Assembly: GCA_001817065.1 (NCBI GenBank)
Contig: MHHQ01000025.1
Span: 119,777-183,776, forward strand
Length of the DNA stretch: 64,000 nucleotides
Direction: 5' to 3'
Source of the DNA: Candidatus Andersenbacteria bacterium RIFCSPHIGHO2_02_FULL_46_16
Lineage (GTDB): Bacteria > Patescibacteriota > Andersenbacteria > UBA10190
Below the pieces are notes generated by a model. It was not told where the DNA came from. It saw nothing but the letters and a program-made list of their open reading frames with translations, and searched no databases. Within the stretch, counting starts at the first letter, position 1; every line of letters starts with the position of its first letter. Shown piece after piece: positions 18,015-26,647 of this stretch. Position numbers and translations under genes: made by a program.

Positions 18015-20099
18015 TCAATCCAGCAACTTTTTATCGTCTTCAGTTACAATTTCATTCCCCACCTTGTATCTCAACCGTACTGCCAAATTACCCGGCTTGT
18101 CCTGACCATTTACCACCATGCTAGCTGACCGGTATTCCCTTCCATCGCGATACCTGACTGTCGGTGCCTTCTCCCCCGTTTCAGTCGCCTTTACTATAAC
18201 TTTATATATACCGAAATTGACAATAGGTTGCTCCAACATGAAACTTGTCCATCCCCGATCATTTATTTCCGTTACGGGTAACCGCCATGATCCGATTTTT
18301 TGCCCACTTTGACTATCTACCTCAACCTCCAGATACCCCTCTTTAGCCTGACCAGAAAATGTAGCTGCCATAATATCCAACCCTACCAAGCCTGCTTGTT
18401 TAACCTCCACCGCCTGGCTAACCGCTTGTCCTGCTTTTAGCTCATTTAGCACCCGGTCATATACTTTTTTCTCATACACCCAGGCTGCTTGCTTCCCAGC
18501 CACCTCTACCACATATACCGGCACTTTTTTCTTATAATATTCATCAATAAAATCATTGGCGTAATGATCCGGTTCGCGTCCAAACATATTTCGATACAAC
18601 ACGACATACTTCACTCTGCTTTGTTCATGCGCATTAATATGGGCTACATGAGCCGATGTATATACCCCCAGCTCCTCCGGATACCAGGATGCTACTATCA
18701 CTTCTGGATCATGCTCGTTGAGCCATTTCCCTACCTGCTCTAAACCTTCCCCCCACCCCAACTCCTGACTCAGGTTGTCCGGTAACAGCGGATTGCTGTA
18801 GGCAATAGCGTAGGGATGGTATTGATACAGCACTATGCCCATTTGCGCAGCAATAACCAGCATCAGCGCCGCCATAACAATCGTCCTCGTTGTTCTTATG
18901 AACTTCGTAAATCTGGCTACCAAATTTACTGTACCCACCGTGAGATACCACGCTCCCCACGCCGCTAAAATATCTAATGTGTAAAAGACCGGCAAAATAT
19001 AGCGGTCGCCCTTTTTAGCTCCCAGCGACATCATTACGATAAAGAAAAAAATATATTCGACCAGCAGCCACAAAGTATTAGTCGTTTCCGGCTTTGACGC
19101 TGCCGTTTCATCTGCCCCTGTCACCCTGCCCAATGTCGCAACCTGACGTCCTCGCAGCCCCTTCGCTAACAACAGATTTATCAATGCCACTGCTACCAAG
19201 AACAATGTAAGTGGTGTTGCGCGGCTAACCAGTGTATACCAATAAAAACTGCTATTTAGCTTATATTCACTGTTCATATTATGTGGAGTAGCTGCCGCCA
19301 CGCTAAAATCTCTTTTCAAGACAAGTACATTTCCCTCCGGGTTCGGTACCCATAAAATAGCTGGCCACACGATCACCACTATAATGCCGATTAATAACAT
19401 CCAAACGATTAAATCTCTGAATCGATCCACCCAAAACCTCTTATTTTCCCATTGCTTACGCCCGAACACCAGCGCTACTAGAACAAAATACGGCAGCAAA
19501 AACACCGCTGGGGCTTTAGTTAGTCCCGCCAACGCTGTGAATACCGCTGACAAAACCAACCATTTCCGGCCAAAGCCCCGCTTCGCCCAGAGTAAAATTG
19601 CTATTCCTGCTGCCATCATGAAACCGCCGAGCATAGCGTCAACATGTACTACCCTTGAATAACCGACAAGAAACGGATCCAAGGCAATCATCAAAGCCGC
19701 TAACACAGCTACCATCCGCCTTTTCGGCCATAATTTCCGTAGCAAAATAAAAACTATCAATACTAACCCTGCATTCGTAACGGCGATTGACAGCTGTGCC
19801 GCCCTTACAAAATGTATTAAATTACTGAAGGTAAAAGGCACGTGCGCCGCTAACATTTTTACTGTCACCACTAATCCCCCCAGCCATAAAGTTGTTACTC
19901 CCGGATGAGTGGTTTGCAGCATCTCATTAAACCGCCATTCTTTAAAAGCTCGTATAAATTCATATGACCGGCCAATCCAATTTTTTTCATCGGCCGTTAA
20001 AAACACCCCCAGATCAACCACGCGCGGCACCAACGCGACCGCCAGAATCATGACCGCCATTAATACCTCCCATTTTTTATCCCGCCAAAATTGCTGCAT
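18015..20099 (-). CDS. ArnT/PMT-family (GT-C) glycosyltransferase with C-terminal beta domain
   Basis: TADEKNW, HPGVTTLWLG, SRVVHVD, LTK-P, AKKGDRY, GWGEGL motifs. Confidence 0.85.
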   Translation of the reverse strand: MQQFWRDKKWEVLMAVMILAVALVPRVVDLGVFLTADEKNWIGRSYEFIRAFKEWRFNEMLQTTHPGVTTLWLGGLVVTVKMLAAHVPFTFSNLIHFVRAAQLSIAVTNAGLVLIVFILLRKLWPKRRMVAVLAALMIALDPFLVGYSRVVHVDAMLGGFMMAAGIAILLWAKRGFGRKWLVLSAVFTALAGLTKAPAVFLLPYFVLVALVFGRKQWENKRFWVDRFRDLIVWMLLIGIIVVIVWPAILWVPNPEGNVLVLKRDFSVAAATPHNMNSEYKLNSSFYWYTLVSRATPLTLFLVAVALINLLLAKGLRGRQVATLGRVTGADETAASKPETTNTLWLLVEYIFFFIVMMSLGAKKGDRYILPVFYTLDILAAWGAWYLTVGTVNLVARFTKFIRTTRTIVMAALMLVIAAQMGIVLYQYHPYAIAYSNPLLPDNLSQELGWGEGLEQVGKWLNEHDPEVIVASWYPEELGVYTSAHVAHINAHEQSRVKYVVLYRNMFGREPDHYANDFIDEYYKKKVPVYVVEVAGKQAAWVYEKKVYDRVLNELKAGQAVSQAVEVKQAGLVGLDIMAATFSGQAKEGYLEVEVDSQSGQKIGSWRLPVTEINDRGWTSFMLEQPIVNFGIYKVIVKATETGEKAPTVRYRDGREYRSASMVVNGQDKPGNLAVRLRYKVGNEIVTEDDKKLLD

Positions 20100-20258
20100 A
20101 TGTACTCCTTATATAGCATCTATCATACAAGATAGCTTAAAATGACTCTTATTTGGCCGTCTGTCAATAATTTTATTCACTTAACCAACACTCTAATTTT
20201 ACTTGAAACCTTTCCTTTCACTTCCGTCTACCACGTTGTCTCGTTAATTTTAAGGCAC

Positions 20259-20687
20259 CTATTCATCCTTGTCTGCACACTGCTTTATACCTCCGCATAT
20301 CTCGTATCTCCCCCGCTTCGTCACTCGCCAATCAATATTATATTCTTCGTCAAACCCTCCGGTAGGCAAAGGTGCATTCTCCAGATTGCCGCTCACGTAC
20401 CATCCCGTAGCCACATCTCCTTCTCTATTCGTAACGGTGTATTTGTACTTTCCCCCGTCCCATTCCAATGGATATTGCTCGTGCTCATTGTAATACATTT
20501 CGAGAGCTGTTTTTAACTGTCGTAGTGTCTCTCTTGTCTGTCCGTCTCTTCTTTCCCTTCTGGCGTATGCACCGCCGTAAACAGTGCCAATTATTAATAC
20601 CAACAAGGCCAGTATAATCACGATAAATTCCCGTTTGGCAATTTTACTATCTACTTCCTTGCTATTCTTATAATCTTCCGACATCAT
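20259..20687 (-). CDS. Type IV pilin / pseudopilin (GspG-like) protein
   Basis: E-F-I-V-I-I hydrophobic helix followed by AR---RD--...LKTALEMYYNEHEQYP, the pilin alpha-helix signature; canonical GFTLIE cleavage site absent. Confidence 0.7.
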   Translation of the reverse strand: MMSEDYKNSKEVDSKIAKREFIVIILALLVLIIGTVYGGAYARRERRDGQTRETLRQLKTALEMYYNEHEQYPLEWDGGKYKYTVTNREGDVATGWYVSGNLENAPLPTGGFDEEYNIDWRVTKRGRYEICGGIKQCADKDE

Positions 20688-20743
20688 GTAAAATCATTTT
20701 TCTCTTATTTTGCATTTTACTCTTTTCGTTCTACGTTTCTATT

Positions 20744-22204
20744 ATGACTAAATTTATTCAGGGCGGCCTTGTGCTCATCCTGTTACTCAGTCTATTTCTT
20801 CCCCGCGTTTTAAATTTGTCTGCCTTCCAAACTGCCGACGAAAAACGATGGGTATCTAACACCGTCGGCTTCATCACCAATCTAGCACATGGCGACCTGT
20901 CTCACTTAATGCAGCAGCCGCATCCCGGTATTACCACGCAGTGGCTTGGCTCTGCCACCGTCTTTTCCTCCTCGTGGGCTATTCGTAAACTGCCTCTGGT
21001 ACTGGCGCAATCTCTGCTCGTGCTGCTTATCGGTTATTCTCTTCTGCGGCTACTGGATCAGCGAACTGCCTATATATCTACTTTACTTCTCGCCCTTAAC
21101 CCGCTTCTCATCGCCCATACCCGCATCTATGCGATGGACTCCTTGCTTTCTCTTTTTTTATTGTTGTCCATCCTATTGCTATTCTTGTGGTCTAAAACTA
21201 ATAGCCGCCGTTACATTGCCTTCGCTGCTTTCACTGCCGCTGCCGCAGTTCTCTCTAAGCTATCCGGTCTTCTCATCGTCCCTTTTAGTATATTACTTAT
21301 TTTTTATCTTTCTTATACCAACCACCATCCTAACTCTGATCGCCCCGCTGCATTCCCCTGGCGTCCTCTGCTCATTTGGACACTTTTATTCTTAATCAGT
21401 CTCGTGCTCATTTTGCCATCCCTAGCCTTTAACCCCTCGCTAGTCATATCCGACATGGTTTCCTGGTTCAAATCCGACGATTACCAACTGCATCAAATCG
21501 GCCCCGTGTTTTACTTAGGCACGCTTGCCTTTCTTTCCACTCCTCTTCATTTATTCGCTGTCCTGCTCTTGCCAGTATTGCTCTACAAAAAGTACTTTAA
21601 CCATCCGTCCAAGAAGCTACTCATTGCTCTTCTTCTTTTCAGTCTGACATTCCTTGTTATGATGTCACTCGGAGCTAAAAAGGGCGACCGCTATATTCTG
21701 CCGGATTTTCTCGCGCTGGATATTATCACCGGCTTAATAGTCTCCTGGCTTTTCACACAAAATATACGCCGTATATCTGTAAAGGTAGCCTGTCTTTCCA
21801 TCTTGGCTCTACTAATTATGCAAACATATCACGTGGCCTCTTTACACCCACACGAGCTATCCTACATCAACCCAATAACCAGACCTTGGCTCGGAGAAAG
21901 GCGTCTTGGCTGGGGTGAAGGCTTGGATCTTGCCGCAGCTTTCCTCAATAATCTGCCCCAAGCCGATAGCCTTACCATCGCTTCTTATTACCCCAACGAA
22001 TTCCAGTCAAATTTTGTCGGCCATACCGTGCCTATCCATCAACACGATTCTCCCGGCGTCGATTATGTCATCATATATCGGGCTATGTTTGAACGAGGAC
22101 AATCAGCTTGGGAAACTGATGTGGTAAATATTTATCGTCCACAAACTCCTCAAAAAATAATTATAATCGCATCCGTTCCCATGGCTTGGATTTATCAAAA
22201 ATAA
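20744..22204 (+). CDS. ArnT/PMT-family (GT-C) glycosyltransferase
   Basis: TADEKRW, HPGITTQWLG, LGAKKGDRYILP, GWGEGL, ASYYP; paralog of 18015-20099. Confidence 0.85.
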   Translation: MTKFIQGGLVLILLLSLFLPRVLNLSAFQTADEKRWVSNTVGFITNLAHGDLSHLMQQPHPGITTQWLGSATVFSSSWAIRKLPLVLAQSLLVLLIGYSLLRLLDQRTAYISTLLLALNPLLIAHTRIYAMDSLLSLFLLLSILLLFLWSKTNSRRYIAFAAFTAAAAVLSKLSGLLIVPFSILLIFYLSYTNHHPNSDRPAAFPWRPLLIWTLLFLISLVLILPSLAFNPSLVISDMVSWFKSDDYQLHQIGPVFYLGTLAFLSTPLHLFAVLLLPVLLYKKYFNHPSKKLLIALLLFSLTFLVMMSLGAKKGDRYILPDFLALDIITGLIVSWLFTQNIRRISVKVACLSILALLIMQTYHVASLHPHELSYINPITRPWLGERRLGWGEGLDLAAAFLNNLPQADSLTIASYYPNEFQSNFVGHTVPIHQHDSPGVDYVIIYRAMFERGQSAWETDVVNIYRPQTPQKIIIIASVPMAWIYQK

Positions 22205-22370
22205 CATCTCGCTAAATTCAGCCGGCCTTCTTCTTCTGTCTCTACTGACCTCTCCTTGCTACGTCCAGCCTCTTTTTCAGTCTAGCCTCTTTTATTAGCC
22301 AAATTACCAAATTGGTAATACAGTAATAAACAGCCGTATTTCCAGACTATATATATTAACTTTATACAAC

Positions 22371-22515
22371 TTGACAGTACAGCTTATAAAGAGGATAATA
22401 TATCGTTCTTTAATTAACAGGTTGCCCTCTTCACCATCAATACACAAGGTATCTAGGCCACTTTAGGGACTAGTTTCCCCAGTCAGAATGTCCGCGCAAA
22501 CATCGTTTAAGGAGG
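22371..22515 (+). promoter_or_regulatory. sigma70 promoter, boxA-like motif and SD for first GNAT
   Basis: TTGACA(22371)-N17-GATAAT(22394); GTTCTTT at 22405; AAGGAGG at 22509. Confidence 0.7.
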
Positions 22516-22522
22516 ATTCGTT

Positions 22523-23044
22523 ATGTTTACGGCTAAATCTGAGATATGTGTGCACATTCGCCCAATGATTCGACGCGATATGGTTGAAGTTCTGGAAACT
22601 GAAAATGAGAATTTTGAGTTTCCATGGTCTGAAGACGATTTTAACCGTTGCTTTCGCCAACGCAAGTGCTTCGGCATGGCGGCCGAGTTCAACGAACTCG
22701 TTGTTGGATTCATGATCTACAAGTATCATAAAAACCGTCTTCATCTTCTCAACTTTGCCGTTTCCACTGAATTCAGGCGAAGAGGTGTTGGACGACAAAT
22801 GGTTGAAGAGCTCATCTATAAGCTATTGGATCAACATCTCAGTCATATCATGTTAAAAGTCCGCGAAACGAACCTGGCAGCACAGGTCTTCTTCAGGACC
22901 TTGGGTTTTCGAGCTATAGCGGTATTGCGAGATTTCTATATTGAAACTACCGAGGACGCCTACCTGATGCAATTTCAATTCCCTCACGATTTCAAGGACG
23001 ACTCATTCATCCCCGTGAGTCGTATTTCCCGATTTGCGCGCTAA
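22523..23044 (+). CDS. rimI: RimI-like GNAT N-acetyltransferase
   Basis: FEFPWSEDDF, VVGFMIY, LHLLNFAV---RRRGVG, L-VRETN--AQ-FF---GF, RDFY----EDAYLM. Confidence 0.85.
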   Translation: MFTAKSEICVHIRPMIRRDMVEVLETENENFEFPWSEDDFNRCFRQRKCFGMAAEFNELVVGFMIYKYHKNRLHLLNFAVSTEFRRRGVGRQMVEELIYKLLDQHLSHIMLKVRETNLAAQVFFRTLGFRAIAVLRDFYIETTEDAYLMQFQFPHDFKDDSFIPVSRISRFAR

Positions 23045-23105
23045 CTTCTTCTGTCAAGCCCAAGTTCAACTGCTTAAGTTCAACTGCACATTACTATTCC
23101 CCATT

Positions 23106-23135
23106 CCCGGCACAACACACTTTGCCGGGTTTTCT
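23106..23135 (+). terminator. Rho-independent terminator
   Basis: CCCGGCA-loop-TGCCGGG followed by TTTTCT. Confidence 0.7.
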
Positions 23136-23157
23136 ATTACTAAAGAACCTTCCTGCC

Positions 23158-23329
23158 TATGGAAGTCACATTATGAAATGCCACAAATATAGTGACGGGC
23201 CCTGTCGGCGCTGCACCCCCACCCGACGGCTTCGGCCTGCCAGGCGGGCAGCCTGCAGGCGCTCGGTGGGGGTCCCCCGCGCCGCCACCCGTTTATTTAA
23301 GAGTGGCATTTCATAATGTGACATCTATA
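23158..23329. mobile_element. Family A element, copy 2 (172 bp, diverged)
   Basis: Perfect 20-bp IR GTCACATTATGAAATGCCAC / GTGGCATTTCATAATGTGAC; core CCTGTCGGCGCTGC..CCCCCACCCGACGGC...GGCGCTCGGTGGGGG..CCCCCGCGCCGCCACCCG shared with the other copies. Confidence 0.8.
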
Positions 23330-23382
23330 TATCACAAGTAGTGTATTAATTTTCGCATCGGCTACCGTCTAAGCATTAAAGA

Positions 23383-23520
23383 TTGACAACGAATATGATA
23401 AGTTATTTAATGCATAAGCAAAACTCTCGCTTGTTCTTCTCATCGCTAATAAATACACGCCAACCTTTGGTCACCAAAGCAAGCTTACCAATTCGTGTTT
23501 TTGTCGTAGCTATCAGGAGG
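23383..23520 (+). promoter_or_regulatory. sigma70 promoter and SD for second GNAT
   Basis: TTGACA(23383)-N17-TTTAAT; GTTCTTC at 23433; AGGAGG at 23515. Confidence 0.6.
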
Positions 23521-23528
23521 ATTATGCC

Positions 23529-24110
23529 ATGCTATCTGACATTCGTGTGATTGTGCGAGAGCCAATTACTAGGCAAGATATGAGGGAAATCGTTGCTGTC
23601 GAACAAGCCTCCCATATACTTGCCCGTTCAAAAACTGAAATATTCAAGAAGGATAATTATATTCTGTTGGCTGACTATCGAGGCCACGTGGCAGGGTATA
23701 TGATATTTCGCCTTTATGGTAATCGCGCCTTTCTCGACGACATTGTAGTGCTCCACGATAAACGAGGAAAAGGAGTCGGTACGCAAATGATACAAAGACT
23801 CATTTCCCTAATCACTTCCGTGCGTGATGGATACACAGAAGATAAGAGCGACTCTAGAGCAATCAGCAATATCAGATACCGGATGGCTAGTCAACTCTGT
23901 AGCGGCATCGACTTATATTTGCGAGAAACAAACATGCTTGCGATATACTTCTTTAGCGGCTTGGGTTTCGAAGCCAGGAACGTATTGCGTAATTTCTATG
24001 ATAAGCCCAGAGACACAGGAGAGGATGCTTACACTATGCATCTGTGTCTTAGACCTCACCCAATCCAGCCATCTATTCTGACCAATCGCATAAGTCAATA
24101 TTTTCGCTAG
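23529..24110 (+). CDS. Diverged RimI-like GNAT acetyltransferase (paralog)
   Basis: VAGYMIF, RGKGVG, LRETN, GLGF, RNFY...EDAYTM; C-terminal NRISQY matches SRISRF of the upstream paralog; about 25-aa insertion. Confidence 0.75.
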   Translation: MLSDIRVIVREPITRQDMREIVAVEQASHILARSKTEIFKKDNYILLADYRGHVAGYMIFRLYGNRAFLDDIVVLHDKRGKGVGTQMIQRLISLITSVRDGYTEDKSDSRAISNIRYRMASQLCSGIDLYLRETNMLAIYFFSGLGFEARNVLRNFYDKPRDTGEDAYTMHLCLRPHPIQPSILTNRISQYFR

Positions 24111-24122
24111 TTCTTTCTTCCG

Positions 24123-24158
24123 CCCCTGTACTCGCTAAGTGTACCGGGGTTATTTTTT
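24123..24158 (+). terminator. Rho-independent terminator
   Basis: CCCCTGTAC...GTACCGGGG stem followed by TTATTTTTT. Confidence 0.6.
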
Positions 24159-24160
24159 AT

Positions 24161-24226
24161 TTTTCACCAAAATTAGTGATCCCGCCCTTGGCACGACGCA
24201 CATTTTGAGTGAAAAATAATCCGCCG
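24161..24226. repeat. About 66-bp hairpin repeat, copy 1 (family C)
   Basis: TTTTCACCAAAATTAGTGATCCCGCCCTTGGC...CATTTTGAGTGAAAAATAATCCGCCG, direct repeat of 24838-24903. Confidence 0.7.
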
Positions 24227-24715
24227 GAGTCCGCCATATTGGCAAACGAAGATGGATACCATGAATGTCACGTGCTATATCTTAAAACTTCCCGCCTAAT
24301 TCTTAATAAACTCATCAACTAAACAAATAAGAGCGCCTTCGGCGCACCATGAATTCTGAGCGAAATAATAACCCCGCACTAACATTACCTTCTCAGTCAA
24401 ACATTACTCAAAGGAACCATCAAATTAAGTAACCGCTAGCGCTATGCGCGGGCTTCATGAGCCACTCCTTTACCTCGTCCGATCTTGTACTATTATATCA
24501 AACTGCATTCGGCAAAATCTAAGTCCCTTTCTATATCCGCACAGTGCGTCAACGTTCCTTACAATGTTTATTACTTTTGTCGACAGAACACTAAAGCGAA
24601 TGCATTAAATATCAGTTCACCCCACGTATTTTAATTAAATCAGTCCATTTATCTCTTTTTATGGGCTTAGCATAAGCCCTAAACAAAGTTATCCACCAAA
24701 TTCTGTCAAAATCAT

Positions 24716-24835
24716 TTGACATAATCATTGGCGCTGCTACTATTAAATTATCAATTCGTTCTTTATTTCTCTCTTAGAGCCTTACCCTTCACTTTTCCTC
24801 TTTTTACTCTCTTCCTCCTAGGCTCTTTTCTTTTT
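24716..24835 (+). ncRNA. Candidate small RNA or empty expression unit
   Basis: TTGACA(24716)-N16-TACTAT with extended -10 TG; GTTCTTT at 24758; AGAGCCT/AGGCTCT stem then T-run; no ORF. Confidence 0.35.
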
Positions 24836-24837
24836 GT

Positions 24838-24903
24838 TTTTCTCCAAAATAAGTGATCCCGCCCTTGGCGGGACACGCATTTTGACAGAAAAACAATCCG
24901 CCG
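24838..24903. repeat. About 66-bp hairpin repeat, copy 2 (family C)
   Basis: TTTTCTCCAAAATAAGTGATCCCGCCCTTGGCGGGAC...CATTTTGACAGAAAAACAATCCGCCG. Confidence 0.7.
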
Positions 24904-25112
24904 TAACCCTGAGCGAATTCGAAGAGCGAAGCTGAGGGTCCATTTCTTATCGCAATACTAGGTCAGCCTCACAAACCCATGTGTTTGGTGGAAGGAATGA
25001 TGGTTTATTCAAGCTTGCTCCTTCTTTCCATAATCAACTATAACGTGTGTAACGTCATCATTTTAAGCCTTGTTGTTTTTACGTTTTTCGCTTTACGTTT
25101 TATCTTTTGCAT

Positions 25113-26630
25113 TTATTTCGGATTTAAGAATTTATCACCACCCTCAGGCAGAGTCCCGCCCGAGGCGGAAGGATTTCGGATTTCACTATTCCCATTCACA
25201 CAAAAGAATTTCAAACCACGACATCCCTGCGGAACTTCCAGGTCGTTGCATGTACCTTCTTGTATCATCCGATAACTAACTAAATAATCAGCCTGGCTAG
25301 GGTCTTCTTCGCTCGCCACATCAAACCCTCTATTACCCCGGCTTAAATAGATCAATCTATTCCTGATATGAATGTCATCGGCATAAACCGTACCAGCTCC
25401 AGTCACACAATTCTCTAGCTCCTTTGTCTGCACTAAATCAGTTGCCTTGTTTGTTCGATTGCCTATAGAAAAATCATTATTGCTTCCACCTGTTTCCCGA
25501 TACACCCAGCCAACCTGCCAGACCATCCACCCTGTTAATAAACCAGCGATCACTACGGCCATTCGGTACGACCATTGTCTGTCTTCAAGCCATGACCTGA
25601 CTATTGACCACCATCCCCAACCAGCCATCGCCCATAGTGATAATACTAGAGGCACAAAATAACGCAGTGTAAATCGGTCAATCATAAACATTAATACTAT
25701 CAGCTGTCCTCCCATACCCAGAACCCAAGCCCAAGTTAATGGTTTTCGCCAATTCATCAACCACGCTATGCCAGCCAAGATCATCACTATGCCTGTTATT
25801 AATAACGTATCGCGACGTTTCAATTCAGCGCCGGTATAAGCCGCTATATAAGACGAACCAGACACTACCATTGGCATTAGTTGGGGTAAGGCTTTCCATC
25901 TCTCTTCCGCCGCGCTCGCCACCATTGTCAGATCGCCCTGGTCTTCCTTCATATTCATTAGCACTAACGCTTGACTGCCAAATCCAAACGTACCACCAAC
26001 TAGTACCATTATTGCTCCTAACACAAATTCCTTCGCTTTAATTTTCCTCTCTTTAATACGTGCCACCCCCATTACCACTACCCCCACCGCGATACCAGCT
26101 GCCGCTCCGGTAAATAGAATATGGTTACTTAACCCTAACCCACCGACTATTCCGACCCACCACCATTTAAATCGGCCTCTAGTAGCGACTATCGCGATAA
26201 TCAACAACGTAAAAAAGGGGATCAAGGTTATCGCCCAACCTAATCGTTGATATAAAATGTATGCTGGTGAGAACAAACCGGCCGCCACCGCTATCATCCC
26301 GCCGTGATCATCGCCGGCTTTTCCCGCTAAGCCGACCGCCAGCCAAAACAGTATTACTGAAAAGATAAACATCACCACCCTCAACGCCAGCGCATCATAA
26401 CCAAATATCAGCACAAACGGGATCCTCAAGTAATCAATTAACGGCCCGATATATGACCGCTCTCCAATTAGCACCAATCTTCCCGCCTGCTGTATCTGAT
26501 ACGAATTTTCTCCTTCTGACCCTTCGTCTCCCATTAATCCCGGCACCGATCCCAAGTAAGCTAAATTAACCGCTACAAATAGTATAAACAAAACCCACAC
26601 CCACTTTGATTGTCTGTGGAAGAAACTCAT
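25113..26630 (-). CDS. GT-C (ArnT-like) membrane glycosyltransferase
   Basis: PGLMGDEG after TM1, YIGP, R-GW, multiple TM helices, LRYFVP. Confidence 0.75.
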   Translation of the reverse strand: MSFFHRQSKWVWVLFILFVAVNLAYLGSVPGLMGDEGSEGENSYQIQQAGRLVLIGERSYIGPLIDYLRIPFVLIFGYDALALRVVMFIFSVILFWLAVGLAGKAGDDHGGMIAVAAGLFSPAYILYQRLGWAITLIPFFTLLIIAIVATRGRFKWWWVGIVGGLGLSNHILFTGAAAGIAVGVVVMGVARIKERKIKAKEFVLGAIMVLVGGTFGFGSQALVLMNMKEDQGDLTMVASAAEERWKALPQLMPMVVSGSSYIAAYTGAELKRRDTLLITGIVMILAGIAWLMNWRKPLTWAWVLGMGGQLIVLMFMIDRFTLRYFVPLVLSLWAMAGWGWWSIVRSWLEDRQWSYRMAVVIAGLLTGWMVWQVGWVYRETGGSNNDFSIGNRTNKATDLVQTKELENCVTGAGTVYADDIHIRNRLIYLSRGNRGFDVASEEDPSQADYLVSYRMIQEGTCNDLEVPQGCRGLKFFCVNGNSEIRNPSASGGTLPEGGDKFLNPK

Positions 26631-26647
26631 TTTAACTCTATCTTATT

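Noticed and set aside
22463-22798. Antisense and alternative-frame ORFs overlapping long genes (this one and many others in the track)
   Set aside because: Shadow ORFs of well-supported genes, with no independent signals
23062-23087. 12-bp direct repeat AAGTTCAACTGC x2
   Set aside because: Most simply a local slippage duplication in a 3' UTR; not found elsewhere in the window
24689-24697. DnaA-box-like TTATCCACC in a 1-kb gap (possible oriC)
   Set aside because: Single imperfect box, no dnaA/dnaN nearby, no visible skew switch
22300-25100. Integron cassette array
   Set aside because: No integrase, no RYYYAAC/GTTRRRY attC boundaries recognised, and the genes have their own promoters
24979-25275. 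98-aa hydrophobic plus-strand ORF
   Set aside because: Low-complexity T-rich sequence overlapping the repeat-derived tail of the opposite-strand gene; no SD or motif
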